DNA from: Reclinomonas americana ATCC 50394
Lineage: Eukaryota
DNA length: 44,229 nt
Assembly: GCA_048213135.1 (NCBI GenBank)
Contig: PS015073.1
Coordinates: 78,906 to 123,134, forward strand
Reading direction: 5' to 3'
The notes beneath the pieces were generated by a model, which had not been told where the DNA came from, did no database searches, and saw only the letters and a program-made list of their open reading frames with translations. Each line of letters opens with the position of its first letter. Positions within the stretch are counted from its first letter, which is position 1. The position numbers and the translations under genes were made by a program. Positions 11,422 to 23,400 of the stretch are shown here, one piece after another.

Positions 11422-14400
11422 TGAGAGTGAGAAGGAGGAGGCACACGCACGCACACTGAGCTGCGCCCGAGAAGAAACAAGGAACTTCCATTGCCGTGGT
11501 TGCCTTCTCCCTTTGTTCCACGCTCCCTCGTGTCTCCTCCAACGCTTGCCGCTCACACACTCCGTTGCCTCGACGCAGGCTCAACTGTGTCATTCGGTTC
11601 GTGCAAACTCGCAACGCCGATGGTTGCTTTTTGTCGGCTCTGCATTGAATGTGTCGTCGCGCAGAGCCATATCGCCAGCCGCAGTCGTCACTGCCCTCGC
11701 TGGTTTGGTCGGGAATGGAGGAACCGCAGACGGAATCGGCACAGGTATTGCCCCTTTTTGCGGTGCATTTAAATACACGAAGCGCTCACACACACACACA
11801 CACTCTCTCTCTCATATTCTCTTCCCACCTCCGTGTCTTCTCTATTGCGTTACCCTTGCAATTGCCTTCCCGCTTTGCCTTTTTGCCTTGCCTTCCTGTT
11901 TCCTTCGCTTGTTCCGTGCCCCTTTGCTTCCCCCCTTTGCTTCCCCCCTTTGCTTCCCCCCTTTGCTTCCCCCTTCGCTTCCCCCTCCCCCTCCCCCCTT
12001 CTCCTTCCCCCTTTCCCTTCTTCTCTTCCCGTTTGCAGCCGCTCGCTTCCTTTTCCCGCGCGACCTCGTCGTCGACAACAGCAACGTGCTATGGGTGGTG
12101 GACGTTGCGTCGCATGTTTCCGTACTGCGCTGCTGCTGTAGTTTTGAAATTCTGACCTCCCTCTATAGACTTCAAACCACTGCATTCGCAAAGTCACCAT
12201 CACCGGCGCTCCCATTGGTGTCGTCACGACACTGGCCGGCACGTGCGGCTCATCGGGCAGTGTGGACGGCACGGGAAGCGCGGCGCGCTTTCAGGTCGGT
12301 CTCGTGAAGCGGCTGTTGGTGGCAGATCCATGCTGGATATTCACTCTCCCTTGCAGAACCCTTTTGCCGTCGACTTCGACACAGTAACAGCATCGCTCTA
12401 CGTGACCGACGTTGCGTAGATTGCACCGCGCGCACGATTTTTCCTTCATCGATTCATCTTTTCGCCCTCTCTCATGCAGTACGAGAACTCAACAATTCGG
12501 CGAATCACCATTCCCGGCGCCGTGGTCACCACCATTGCTGGCGCGGCAGGAACCCCGGGTAACGTCGATGGCACTGGCAGTGCCGCCCGCTTCAATAACG
12601 TGCGCCCCTGTGTCCTCCAAATCCCTCTTGCACCTCGCTCATTGCTTCGCATCATCGTGCAGCCTTGGGGAATTTCTGTTGACTCAGCAACTGGCCTCGC
12701 TTGGATCGCCGACACGAGTAATCGACTCATCAAAACAGTTGCGTGTATTAACCAGCTCGTTGCTTTCTCTGTTGTCTCTCACGACCCGTATTTGCAGATG
12801 ACAATTCCTGGCGGTACGGTGACCACCGTGGCAGGTACGACTGCGCTCAACAGCATTATAGACGGCAACGGCACGGGTGCTGTGTTCAATGTGCCAGTCG
12901 GTGGCTGTCTTGATGGCGCTGGGTTCTTCTACGTTGTCGAACTCTACACGCATTGCTTGCGCCGCGTGTCGATCACCGCCCCGTATACCGTGACATCGGT
13001 TGCCGGTATGTGTTTCTTCTCTCCCGAGTGTACCGAGTTGTCTGCTCACTCCAGCGTGGTGGGCAGGCCAGTGCGGCTGGTCTGGCTATGCTGACGGCAC
13101 TGGTGGTATGCCTCTGGGTCGCATGTTCTATCCGGTTGGTTGTCGATCGGACAAGGCCGGAACAGTGTACATTGCCGATACCAGCAACAATGCCATTCGC
13201 CGTTACGTTCCCGCAATGCCGGCGTTGAACACATTTGCCGGTTCCGTCAGCAACGCCGGCTCCACCAATGGCTCTCCCGGTCGCCTTAACAATCCGAATG
13301 ACGTGGCGGTTGACTCGATGGGTAATGTGGTGGTCGCAGATGTTGCGTGAAACGGCGAAGGGAGTGTGGTGACAGAGGCAGAGCCAGGATTGAGTGTCCG
13401 TAATCTTTGAGTCGCTGCGTCAATGCTTGATTGTGCTTTGTCTGAATCACGTCGTTTTCTCGTTCGTACTTCACCAATCGTATTACTTGTTTGTTTGTCT
13501 TCTCCTGGGTATCCCTCTTGCGTCACACAATCTGTTAGTGTCTGTTATCATGCGTCTTTTCCTCGCTGCCTCTTTCGCGCTCTCATTTGTCTCTGGTTCC
13601 GATTACTTTATCGCTTCATGTGAATGTCTTTGTCGTTTTGTTGTGCCCTCCATTCGTACATGACCAGCCTCCTTGTCCCTCAGTTGTCGCTTGCTTCTTC
13701 CTCCGTCTTTCCCTGTTCAGACCGGCAACCACGCCCTTCGCTACATCACTGCCGCCGGAGTGACCAGCACGTTGGCGGGTCAGGTGGGTACGCCGGGCAC
13801 GGCGAACGGCACATCGACGGGTGCTCAGTTCAATGGACCGCGCGGTGTTGGCATTGATTCCACAGACACGATCTGGGTTGCTGACTCGGGCGCTCACACA
13901 ATTCGTAAGGTCTGCGATGTGTTGCATTCTGGAGACTCTCTCTTCACCCATTCTGAGTCATACTCCCCCGGCAGGTGACCCTTGCCGGCGTAGTGACCAC
14001 GTTTGCGGGCACTGCCAGCACTGCAGGCATCGGCAGCGGTGTGCCTGGTCTGCTCAGCAACCCGGGCGACGTGGCCACCGACTCGGCCATCACGAACATG
14101 TTCGTCGCCGACACGGATTCCAACACGATTCGCAAGATTGTCGTGTCGACTGGTTCCGTCTCCACGTTTGCCGGCAGCACCACGGGCGTTTCAGGGTCGG
14201 CCAATGGAACTGGCACTGCCGCGACGTTTAGCGGTAAGTGTAGGTGGAGAGGATACAGAAGCGCAGCAAGAGATGGAAAAGGGAAAGACAAGAACATTGA
14301 GAGGCAGACAGTGAAGGAGCGGAAGAGAGGGAAAATGGTTGTGGCGGAACATAACGAACAGTGGCTCTCGGGTGTGCATGATTGGAAGAGTACTGCCTTT

Positions 14401-17400
14401 CTCACGGATAGTTATGCACCGCCCTTTCGATGGGCTGGCTTCCTTCTCACGTGCTTTCCAGAGAGACAGATGTAAAGAGTTAATGAGGGTTTGGAGCAGT
14501 GACTTACCTCGTGTGCTAGACTGGCAGAGCGCTGGTTTGATATCCGTCTTGGAGAGAAATGCAGTCAAATTACCATTACTCTCTCTCTCTCTCTCTCTTT
14601 CTTCTCACGCACTTTTCTTCTTCGCCTGTTCACTATTCTTGCTTCGTCCCCTGCTCATCATTCTGCATTATCGTTTTCCTTTAATCGTTCTCGCGGCTTA
14701 CCTTTGCTCGCACTCGCCTAGGCCCCACCAGCATTGTCGTTGGCCCGACTGGCATCGTGTATGTCGCCGACTCGAACAATCGCATGATTCGCGCCATCAC
14801 CGCTGCTGGTGTGGTGACGACCCTTGCTGGATCGACTATACCAGGAAGCACTGATGCCACGGGAACTTCGGCACGTTTCAACAACGTGATGGGCCTTGGC
14901 ATCAGTGCGCTTGGTGATGTGCTGTACGTTGGTGACAACAATAACCACGGCATTCGACGAGTGACCACTGCAGCCGGTGTGACCACCACATATGCGGGTG
15001 GCTACAATGGCCCAGGATACATTGAGGGCACTGGCCCGGCCGTGCGATTCTTCTTCCCGTTTGGTCTGGCGGTGAACTCGGCGGGCGATGTGTACGTGGC
15101 TGACAGGTGCGGTTGGGTGAAGTGAGAGTGATAGAGGGACAGGGATGAAGCGTGGCTACTGATTGCGCTGTTCAGTCCGCGGGTTACTTCTCGTCCCGTC
15201 CCGCCCTGTTCATCCACCGTGCTGCTTCTTCTTCTCGCTCCTCTGTCGCTCCGCACTCCTCTGTCGTTCCCCACTCCTCTGTCGCTCGTCACTCCTCTGT
15301 CGTTCTCCACTCCTCTGTCGCTCGCCACTCCTCTGTCGCTCGCCACTCCTCTGTCGCTCGTCACTCCTCTGTCGCTCGTCACTCCTCTTTCACTCGCCAC
15401 TTCTCTCTCGTTCTTCACTAATCTGTCGCTCGCCACTCTCTGTCGCTCGCCACTCTCAGTCGCTCGCCACTCTCTGTCGCTCGCCACTCCTCTGTCGCTC
15501 GCCACTCCTCTGTCACTCTCCTCTTCTTTGTCGTTTTCCACTCTTCTGTCGTTTTCCACTCCTCTGTCGCTCCCCACTCCTCTGTCGCTCGCCACTCCTC
15601 TGTCGTGCTCCACTCCTCTGTCGTGCTCCACTCCTCTGTCGCTCGCCACTCCTCTGTCGCTCGTCACTCCTCTGTCGCTCTCCACTCCTCTGTCGCTCGC
15701 CTCTCCTCTGTCGCTCGCCACTCCTCTGTCGTGCTCCACTCCTCTGTCGCTCGCCACTCCTCTGTCGCTCGCCACTCCTCTGTCGCTCGTCACTCCTCTG
15801 TCGCTCGCCACTCCTCCGTCGCTTCCCCTTTTCTCCTTCCCCCTTGTCACTCTCATTCCCCCTTTACTCCTCTCTCATAATCACTTGCATCCCACCATCG
15901 TTGCAGCCTCAACAACGTAATCCGCAAACTGGCAATTCCTCAAGCATCAGTGATCTCGGCCACCCCTTCCCCCTCACCGGCACCTCAGCATCGCTCGTCT
16001 CCGCGACAGCCACGGCACTTACCACCAATACTCTCTATTACTACCGCGCGGTGGCCACGTCGTCTGCGGTTCCTATCATCGGCAACGTATTCAGCGTTAC
16101 CACCATGTCCAGCGCACCACATCTGGCCAGTACAACGACAGCCGTGACCGCCGACAGCGCTGCCACCATGTACGGGACGGTCAACGCCAACGGCGTTGGT
16201 TCTGCCTCTGTCAAATTCGAGTTTGCGACCACGATGCCGGCGTTTGTGTGGAATGTGTCCACGGTTGCCGGGTTGGCAACAGTGTTAGGCGCAGCAAATG
16301 GAGTTGGATCCGCTGCTCGCTTCTATCAGCCGCAGGGCATCACCCTCGACGGTCTCGGCAATGCGTACATTGCGGACAGCGGGTGCGTGCACAGTGACCT
16401 CACTCACATATCTTGTGCGCTCAACTATTGTGATCGCGTCTGTCGCCGAACAGATATAGCACCATTCGCAAAGTGGTGCTCAGCTCGTTTACAGTGAGCA
16501 CACTCGCCGGTCTTGCCGGGTTTCGCGGGTATTCTGATGGTACCGGAAGTGCAGCACTTTTCAATTCGTGCGTGTGCAGTGCATCTCTCTTACGGATATT
16601 GCAAGGCTCAGTCTCATCTGCTTAACATTCTGGGGTTGGCAGTCCTGGCTCCGTGTCGTACGACACTGCCAACAACTTCCTGTACGTTGCCGACAGCTTG
16701 AGTCACACCATCCGCCGTATCACCACCGGTGGTGTGGTTACTACCATCGCCGGTCAGGCAGGCACTCCGCTTTGGGTCGATGGCACTGGAAGTGCATCGG
16801 CGTTCAATTCGCCGCGTGGCGTATTTGTGGATCCTGTCGGTCAGCTACTGTATGTCGCTGACACGTTGAACAATGCCATTCGGTGAGTTGCTGGGAAAGC
16901 AGAAACACGAGGAGGAGGACGGGGAATGCAAATCAGATACAAAAGAGGATGCTGCCGAAGAGGAGGAAGAGGAAGAGAAATTGGAAGAGAAGAGAAATAG
17001 GAAGAGAAAGAGGAAGAGGAATAGGAAGAGAAAGAGGAAGAAGAGGAAAAGAGAGTGGAGCGTGGTTCATATACCTTGTTGTGTTTGCGCGTGTGTGCGT
17101 GTGAAAGTGAGTGCGAGAGATTCACAAAGCAGCATCTCTGCCCCAGGTAGAAGCGTTATGCATGTACGCGTGAGAGAAGGAGCGTGCGAGACAAGGACAG
17201 AATACTGGAGGCAGAGAGAAATATAGCTGGATCATGTCTCTCTCTCACTCTTGGTGCTTTCTCTTCTCGTGTTACCCGCTGGCCTTCTCCCATGCGTTTC
17301 TCACTTTTTCCTTTGTCGTGCAGCACGGTCACTGCAGCAGCCAGTGGCACAGTGGTCACTCTGTTTGGATCAGGCCCAGCGTCGGCCGGTAGCACAGACA

Positions 17401-20400
17401 GCAGCGGCGGCACTCCCAAGTTCAACAGCCCGTACCATGTTGTATTTGACCGAGCCAACAACTTGCTCTATGTTGTAGATCGCAACAATACCTGCATCCG
17501 CAAAATCGATCTCAGCACTATGCTAGTGACGACCTTCGCCGGCACCAAGGGTGTGAGTGGTTTCGCTGACGGTCCCGTCGGTGTGGGCACCTTGCGCTTC
17601 CCTACTTCGGCGACGCTGGACACTGCGAGGAATGTGTTGTATGTGGCCGATGTTGCGTCATGATAGCATATGACCAAGCGTGTATGTTTGTTGTGTTCTC
17701 ACAAGCGTGTTTCTACTGCGTACAGAACACGTCCAACAGCATCCGATCTGTGTCCTCCACCGGCGTGATCACGACAGTCGCTGGTTTGGCGTCACTGGCA
17801 ATCGACTCGGTGGATGGCGCCTCATTGGCTGCTCGATTCAATCAGCCCGTTGCGTCTTAATACAGTACCTGAATGCGTGGCCAACTTGTGCCTCACACAA
17901 TGAATGCAGTATGGCATCGTGCTGGATCCGATATCCGGCATCCTCTACATCACTGATCAGAACAACTTCACGCTGCGTACGTTGACGACTCCGACGGCCA
18001 CTTCGGTGGCCGGCACACCGAGTCCTGTCACAGGCTCATCGACAGTGACCGCCAGCGGTGCTGCTACGGCGCTGACGCTGCGAGGGACGTACTTTTACCG
18101 TATTGTGGCGACAATTGGCCTTGTGGTGCAGTACGGCACGCTCCGCACGTTTGTGGCAGAAGCCACCTTCACGGCTTCGACTCCAGCCTACGTATTCCAA
18201 GTTGCCGGTCAGTGTCTGTCGTTGACGCGCACCGACAGTGCGCAGAATGTGGGAGCAGATGCGCAGGCGGTGGTGCTCAGTGCCACGACTTGCAGCACGG
18301 GGTGCGTGGTGATGGAAAGAGAGAAAGGAGAGAAGAGAAAGAGAGAAGGATCATGTGCGACCAGATCCGTAGTGAGTGCGTGTTGTGGAGCATTGTGTTT
18401 ATGAGTTGCTCCTGCTTATGTGTGTGTATGCACGCATCCATGTGGTAGTGACGGGGCATTGTGTGCTTGGTTTGCATCTCTCTGTGTTTCTATGTGCGTC
18501 CATGAGTGAGTGCTGTGTGTGCTGTTGAGTTCTTGAATTTCTCCTCACTCCCTGTGGATGTGTGCATTGTGTGTGCATTGAGTGTGTGTGTGGATGTGTA
18601 TGTGTGTGTCTCTCGAAGCATCATGTGCATGAACTTTGCCTCTCTCTCTCTCTCTCTCTCTCTGTCAGCACTTGTGTGTGTGCGTGTGCATGTTGCAAAC
18701 CGTTGCCCACTTGACGTGTCCCTGCCTGAAACGATTTCTTCTCNNNNNNNNNNNNNNNNNNNNNNNNNNNNNNNNNNNNNNNNNNNNNNNNNNNNNNNNN
18801 NNNNNNNNNNNNNNNNNNNNNNNNNNNNNNNNNNNNNNNNNNNNNNNNNNNNNNNNNNNNNNNNNNNNNNNNNNNNNNNNNNNNNNNNNNNNNNNNNNNN
18901 NNNNNNNNNNNNNNNNNNNNNNNNNNNNNNNNNNNNNNNNNNNNNNNNNNNNNNNNNNNNNNNNNNNNNNNNNNNNNNNNNNNNNNNNNNNNNNNNNNNN
19001 NNNNNNNNNNNNNNNNNNNNNNNNNNNNNNNNNNNNNNNNNNNNNNNNNNNNNNNNNNNNNNNNNNNNNNNNNNNNNNNNNNNNNNNNNNNNNNNNNNNN
19101 NNNNNNNNNNNNNNNNNNNNNNNNNNNNNNNNNNNNNNNNNNNNNNNNNNNNNNNNNNNNNNNNNNNNNNNNNNNNNNNNNNNNNNNNNNNNNNNNNNNN
19201 NNNNNNNNNNNNNNNNNNNNNNNNNNNNNNNNNNNNNNNNNNNNNNNNNNNNNNNNNNNNNNNNNNNNNNNNNNNNNNNNNNNNNNNNNNNNNNNNNNNN
19301 NNNNNNNNNNNNNNNNNNNNNNNNNNNNNNNNNNNNNNNNNNNNNNNNNNNNNNNNNNNNNNNNNNNNNNNNNNNNNNNNNNNNNNNNNNNNNNNNNNNN
19401 NNNNNNNNNNNNNNNNNNNNNNNNNNNNNNNNNNNNNNNNNNNNNNNNNNNNNNNNNNNNNNNNNNNNNNNNNNNNNNNNNNNNNNNNNNNNNNNNNNNN
19501 NNNNNNNNNNNNNNNNNNNNNNNNNNNNNNNNNNNNNNNNNNCTTCGCTGTGGCCTTCTCCCTCCCAGCGACAGTGGTATCGAACACGCAAGTTCTCGCC
19601 GCCATCAATGGATTACTGTTGATGCCGGCCACCACGTACCGAGTGTGCGGTCGCATGTCGTCTTCGTCACCGTACTATGATGCTGGTTCTGTGCAGGCGT
19701 CAGGTGCGGTCTTGTTGCTCACTTTTTATTCCCAATCGATGTGATCTCCTGATTTGTTGCGCCTCCTTCAATTTTCAGTTGCCGTCACGCAAGTGTCGCC
19801 GCTCGCGCTGTTCCGCCGTGCGTCAGAGGTGGTGACAGTGACTGGCACCTCGTTGCCCAACTTGTCGTCCGACTCGCAAGCGTATGCACTGTCATCTGGC
19901 GCTACGTGCGCAGCGGCTTCATCGTCAGTGGCAATCACCGCGTCGTACCCATCGACGACCAGCTCGACCTTCACATTCGACTCATCGTCGCTGGCGGTGG
20001 GAACGTACACGCTCTGCGTGCGGTGCGTTGTCTGAGCTGTTTGTTTGGTTTTCACTGCAGTATCCGTGCATCTTATCCTCCCTGTGCACACTCACAGACC
20101 CGTTTCGGCGTGCACGAGCTGGGCGGCGCTGACCACCATTACGATTCCATCATTCAGCCTGTCGCCGGCTGTGATTGGTTCCTCAGCGACGGCGCAGATC
20201 ACGATCAGTGGCACTCTGTTTGTCAATGTGTTTGGATCGGACAGCGGTGCTCTCAGCTTTGGGTGTCAGGAGAGTGTTGCACAAGCTACGGCAGCTGCCG
20301 TGACGGGCACGTACACCAGTGCATCGCTGATGAAAGCTACGCTGGATACGACCAGCATTCCATCGGGCGCCTACACTCTCTGGTGCGTTTGCATGGAGAG

Positions 20401-23400
20401 TCTCGTGCTTGTTGTGCGTTTTCCACGGGTTACTGATTGTTGGTGTCGATGCGTGCAGTATTCGATGGAGTGCGTCGGCAGTCGCTGGTTCACTCGGCGT
20501 GGTCAACATTGCCCGTGCGACCTCTGTGACACCGGCTCTGATCTTCATCAATGCCAGCAACTCGTGAGTTTACCAGAGACTGATGTACCCGAGATGGCGA
20601 ATTTGGATCTCATGATGCCCCTTCGTCTCACAGACACACGGTACAAGTCGGAGGTGGTGGATTCGTGGCCTCGTTGGCCGGCGACGCTTCCCTATTTGTG
20701 GTGTCGTCGTCGTGTGCGGCCGCGGCACCGACAGCAGTAATGTCAACGTCGACACAGTCGATTCAGTATGTGGACGCGCAGACGTTGTCAACCAACGTCG
20801 TGAGTGCATCGGCGACGACGCCAGCAGGAAACTATCAGCTGTGTGAGTTTGGAGGAGAGAAGGGAGAAGAATTTGCTGTCCATCAATGTGAGTGTTGCTT
20901 GCTTCGGTCTCACGCCCGGGTGTTCTCGCACAGGCATTCGGTGGTCGACTGGTGCGACGACATACGAAAGTGCCGGCTCACTGGCGCTGGCTTCTGTCAC
21001 GAGCATCACGCCACCGATTATTCCTGCCGGCTGCAGCACGCAGTTGCAGATCTCGGGTGGTGGCTTCTTGGCGTCGCTGCAGACGGTGACGCGCATGCTG
21101 GTGTTGACCAGCGGCTCGTGCAGCGTGAGCGCGGACACGACAGCGGGTGTGGGCGGGACAGTCGACTCAGTGACGGGCTCGACAGCCATGGGAGTGACAG
21201 TGTCACCTAGCTCGTCGTTGACCGGCGGCGTGTATCGCGTGTGTATGCGTGCGACACCGACTTCGGCATACGAGGATGTCTATCCAGCTGGGATTTCGAT
21301 TGGTGAGTGACTTGACACTTGTGCAGTCTGCATTGTTGCAAGTTGGCTGGGCTCGTGTCTTTCCTCTCTGTCTTGCTTCCCTTGTGACTCACTCGTGTTG
21401 TGTTTGTGTTCAATGTGCAGTTTCTGCGTCGACATTCAGTCCGTCGACCAAACTGCTCGGCGAGGGCGGAACTCTGGTGGTGACGGGAGTGGGATTGTCG
21501 GCCGGTGGTACGGTTCGCACAGTTCGCATTGAGCCGGGTTCGGTGTGCACGAGTGGTGCTGGATCGACAGCTGCTGGTGGCACTGTGACGATGACGAGTG
21601 CAAACATGAGCCACAATGCGGGACTGACGGAACTGACGGTGACGTTGACGGGCGGATTGAGTGTGGCGGGTCCGTATCGAGTGTGCGTGGAGTACATGAG
21701 TACGGTTGACAGCGACGATTCGTTTGTTGCGGTGGGGACTGGCGTGGTTCTTGTTGGTGAGTGATTGCGGGAATGGAGGGGAGAGCAGTGAAGAGAAGGG
21801 GAGGGAAGAGGACGAAGAGAAGGGAAGAAAAGGTGTGAGAATAATCGAGAAGGAGACACAGTGTGAGAGGTTGTGTGATGAGACAATGGCACGTGTTGAT
21901 CTTGTTTCCAATCAAGATCTCAAGCACGCTTGTTATGGATATAATATCGAATCTCGGAGAGACATACCAGAGCGATGCACAACCGTCGTTGATGTAGTCC
22001 GTTGTCATGTTGTTGCCTATTGTGTGTCGATGCGCACAGCAACCGTGTCCGGGATTGTGGCACCAGGCGAGGTCGTGGCTGCTGCTGGCGGATCGACGGT
22101 GGTGATTGGCGGTCAGGGACTGGGGAGTGCATCGATTCGGGCAGTGAGGTTCGAGAGTGGCAGCATGTGCACGACGGGCGGTGGAGCGCCGAGTGGACCG
22201 TATGTGGATGTGAGCAGCAGTGGCGGCGGTGTGTCGACGAACGCAGGCAATGGGTACACGTCGACGACGGTGACGCTGCCGGCGGTGGGTGGATTGCCAG
22301 CTGGAGTATGGATTGTGTGTGTGGAGTATGCGGGCAGTGCGATTGGCAGCGGATCGTTTGTGCGGGTCGCGGGTGATGTGGTTGCGAGTTGCGTTGAAGC
22401 GGGAAGATGTTTTAAACAAGAGGTCGGGTGTGAGAGTGCGAGAGTGTGAGGCAGATAATTCCTGTATTTTTTGCAGAAGTGTTGAACTTGTCCCGTTGTG
22501 TGTTATCTTTTATGTCTCTCCCGTTCTTGTTGTGTTTCTCACTTTCTTGTTGTGCTGATTAGCTTTGATCTCTTTCTCTCTCTTGTCACTTTCACTCATT
22601 CCTCTCTATCCCTCTTTCCAGCCACCACGAACAGCGCTGCGTCGAGCTTCAGTCCGCACTCGCAGTTGCCGAACACGGTGACCACGATTGTGATCACGGG
22701 TGTATCGTTGGCACCTCGTGTGGGTGTGAGAACGGTACGAGTGGAACCCGGCACCGTGTGTACCAGCGGCGCGGGCAATGTGCCGGTCATGGGAACTGTG
22801 ACGGTTCCGTCGACATCTGCGATGCAACTGTCGGTGAACGGAGGGTGGACGGAGTTGAGTGTGTCGGTGGGAGCATTTGCGACGGTGGGGACACGAGTGG
22901 TGTGTGTGCAGTATGCGTGGACACCGGTTGCGGCGGAGACGTATGTGCAGGTGGCGGACTTTTTTGTCGTGTACGGTACGCTTCATGATTTTCTTTCTCT
23001 CTGACGGCGTGTAACGAGACTTACGTGTTTCTTCTGGTTGTCACAGATATTCCATTCGCCTTCAGTCCTTCCACGGTGACAACACCGCTGCCGTTCCAGC
23101 TGGTGATGTTCGGCGTGCTGCTTAGTTCATCGACCGTGTCAGCGGTTCGTGTTCAGCGCGGTCCGTTGTGCAGCTCTGGTGCAACAGCGGCATCGTTTGC
23201 GTTGGATTTCGCCGGCGCGGATCTCGACTTTGCTGCCGATTTCTCCACCGTCTCCACCATGGTACCACAACTGGATCCAGCATCGTACAGTGTGTGCGTT
23301 CGGATGGCGCCCTCACTCTCTGCCGCTGGATTCGTTCGCGTGTCTTCATTCTCTCTCAACGTGTTTGCCGGTGCGTGTGCTGCTGCCGCCACACGGCGTG

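Larger units (their letters stand above)
10850..15940 (+). other. 12 NHL-type blades (probably two 6-bladed beta-propellers), gene B
   Basis: Twelve spliced repeats beginning FYGPAG, FLFPRD, FQNPFA, FNNPWG, FNVPVG, MFYPVG, LNNPND, FNGPRG, LSNPGD, FSGPTS, FNNVMG, FFFPFG, each followed by a Y/W-V-A-D-like strand and an IR-like motif. The equivalent region in C is about 27270-32505. Confidence 0.8.

Noticed and set aside
11745-11750. Donor G|GTATTG (also 28479) as a member of the shifted class
   Set aside because: It has +6 G but follows exonic AG and lacks the GTT-RCG pattern; treated as an ordinary weak donor and not counted.
15002-15920. Repetitive ORFs (SDRGVA / SLATPL / CRSPLL) and a possible CRISPR-like array
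   Set aside because: It is an 18-bp minisatellite with no unique spacers, inside a GT-AG intron, and its copy number differs between paralogs.
2160-17860. Stop-codon readthrough or an alternative genetic code
   Set aside because: The stops that end the ORFs lie within introns; the spliced frames are open under the standard code apart from the two frameshifts.
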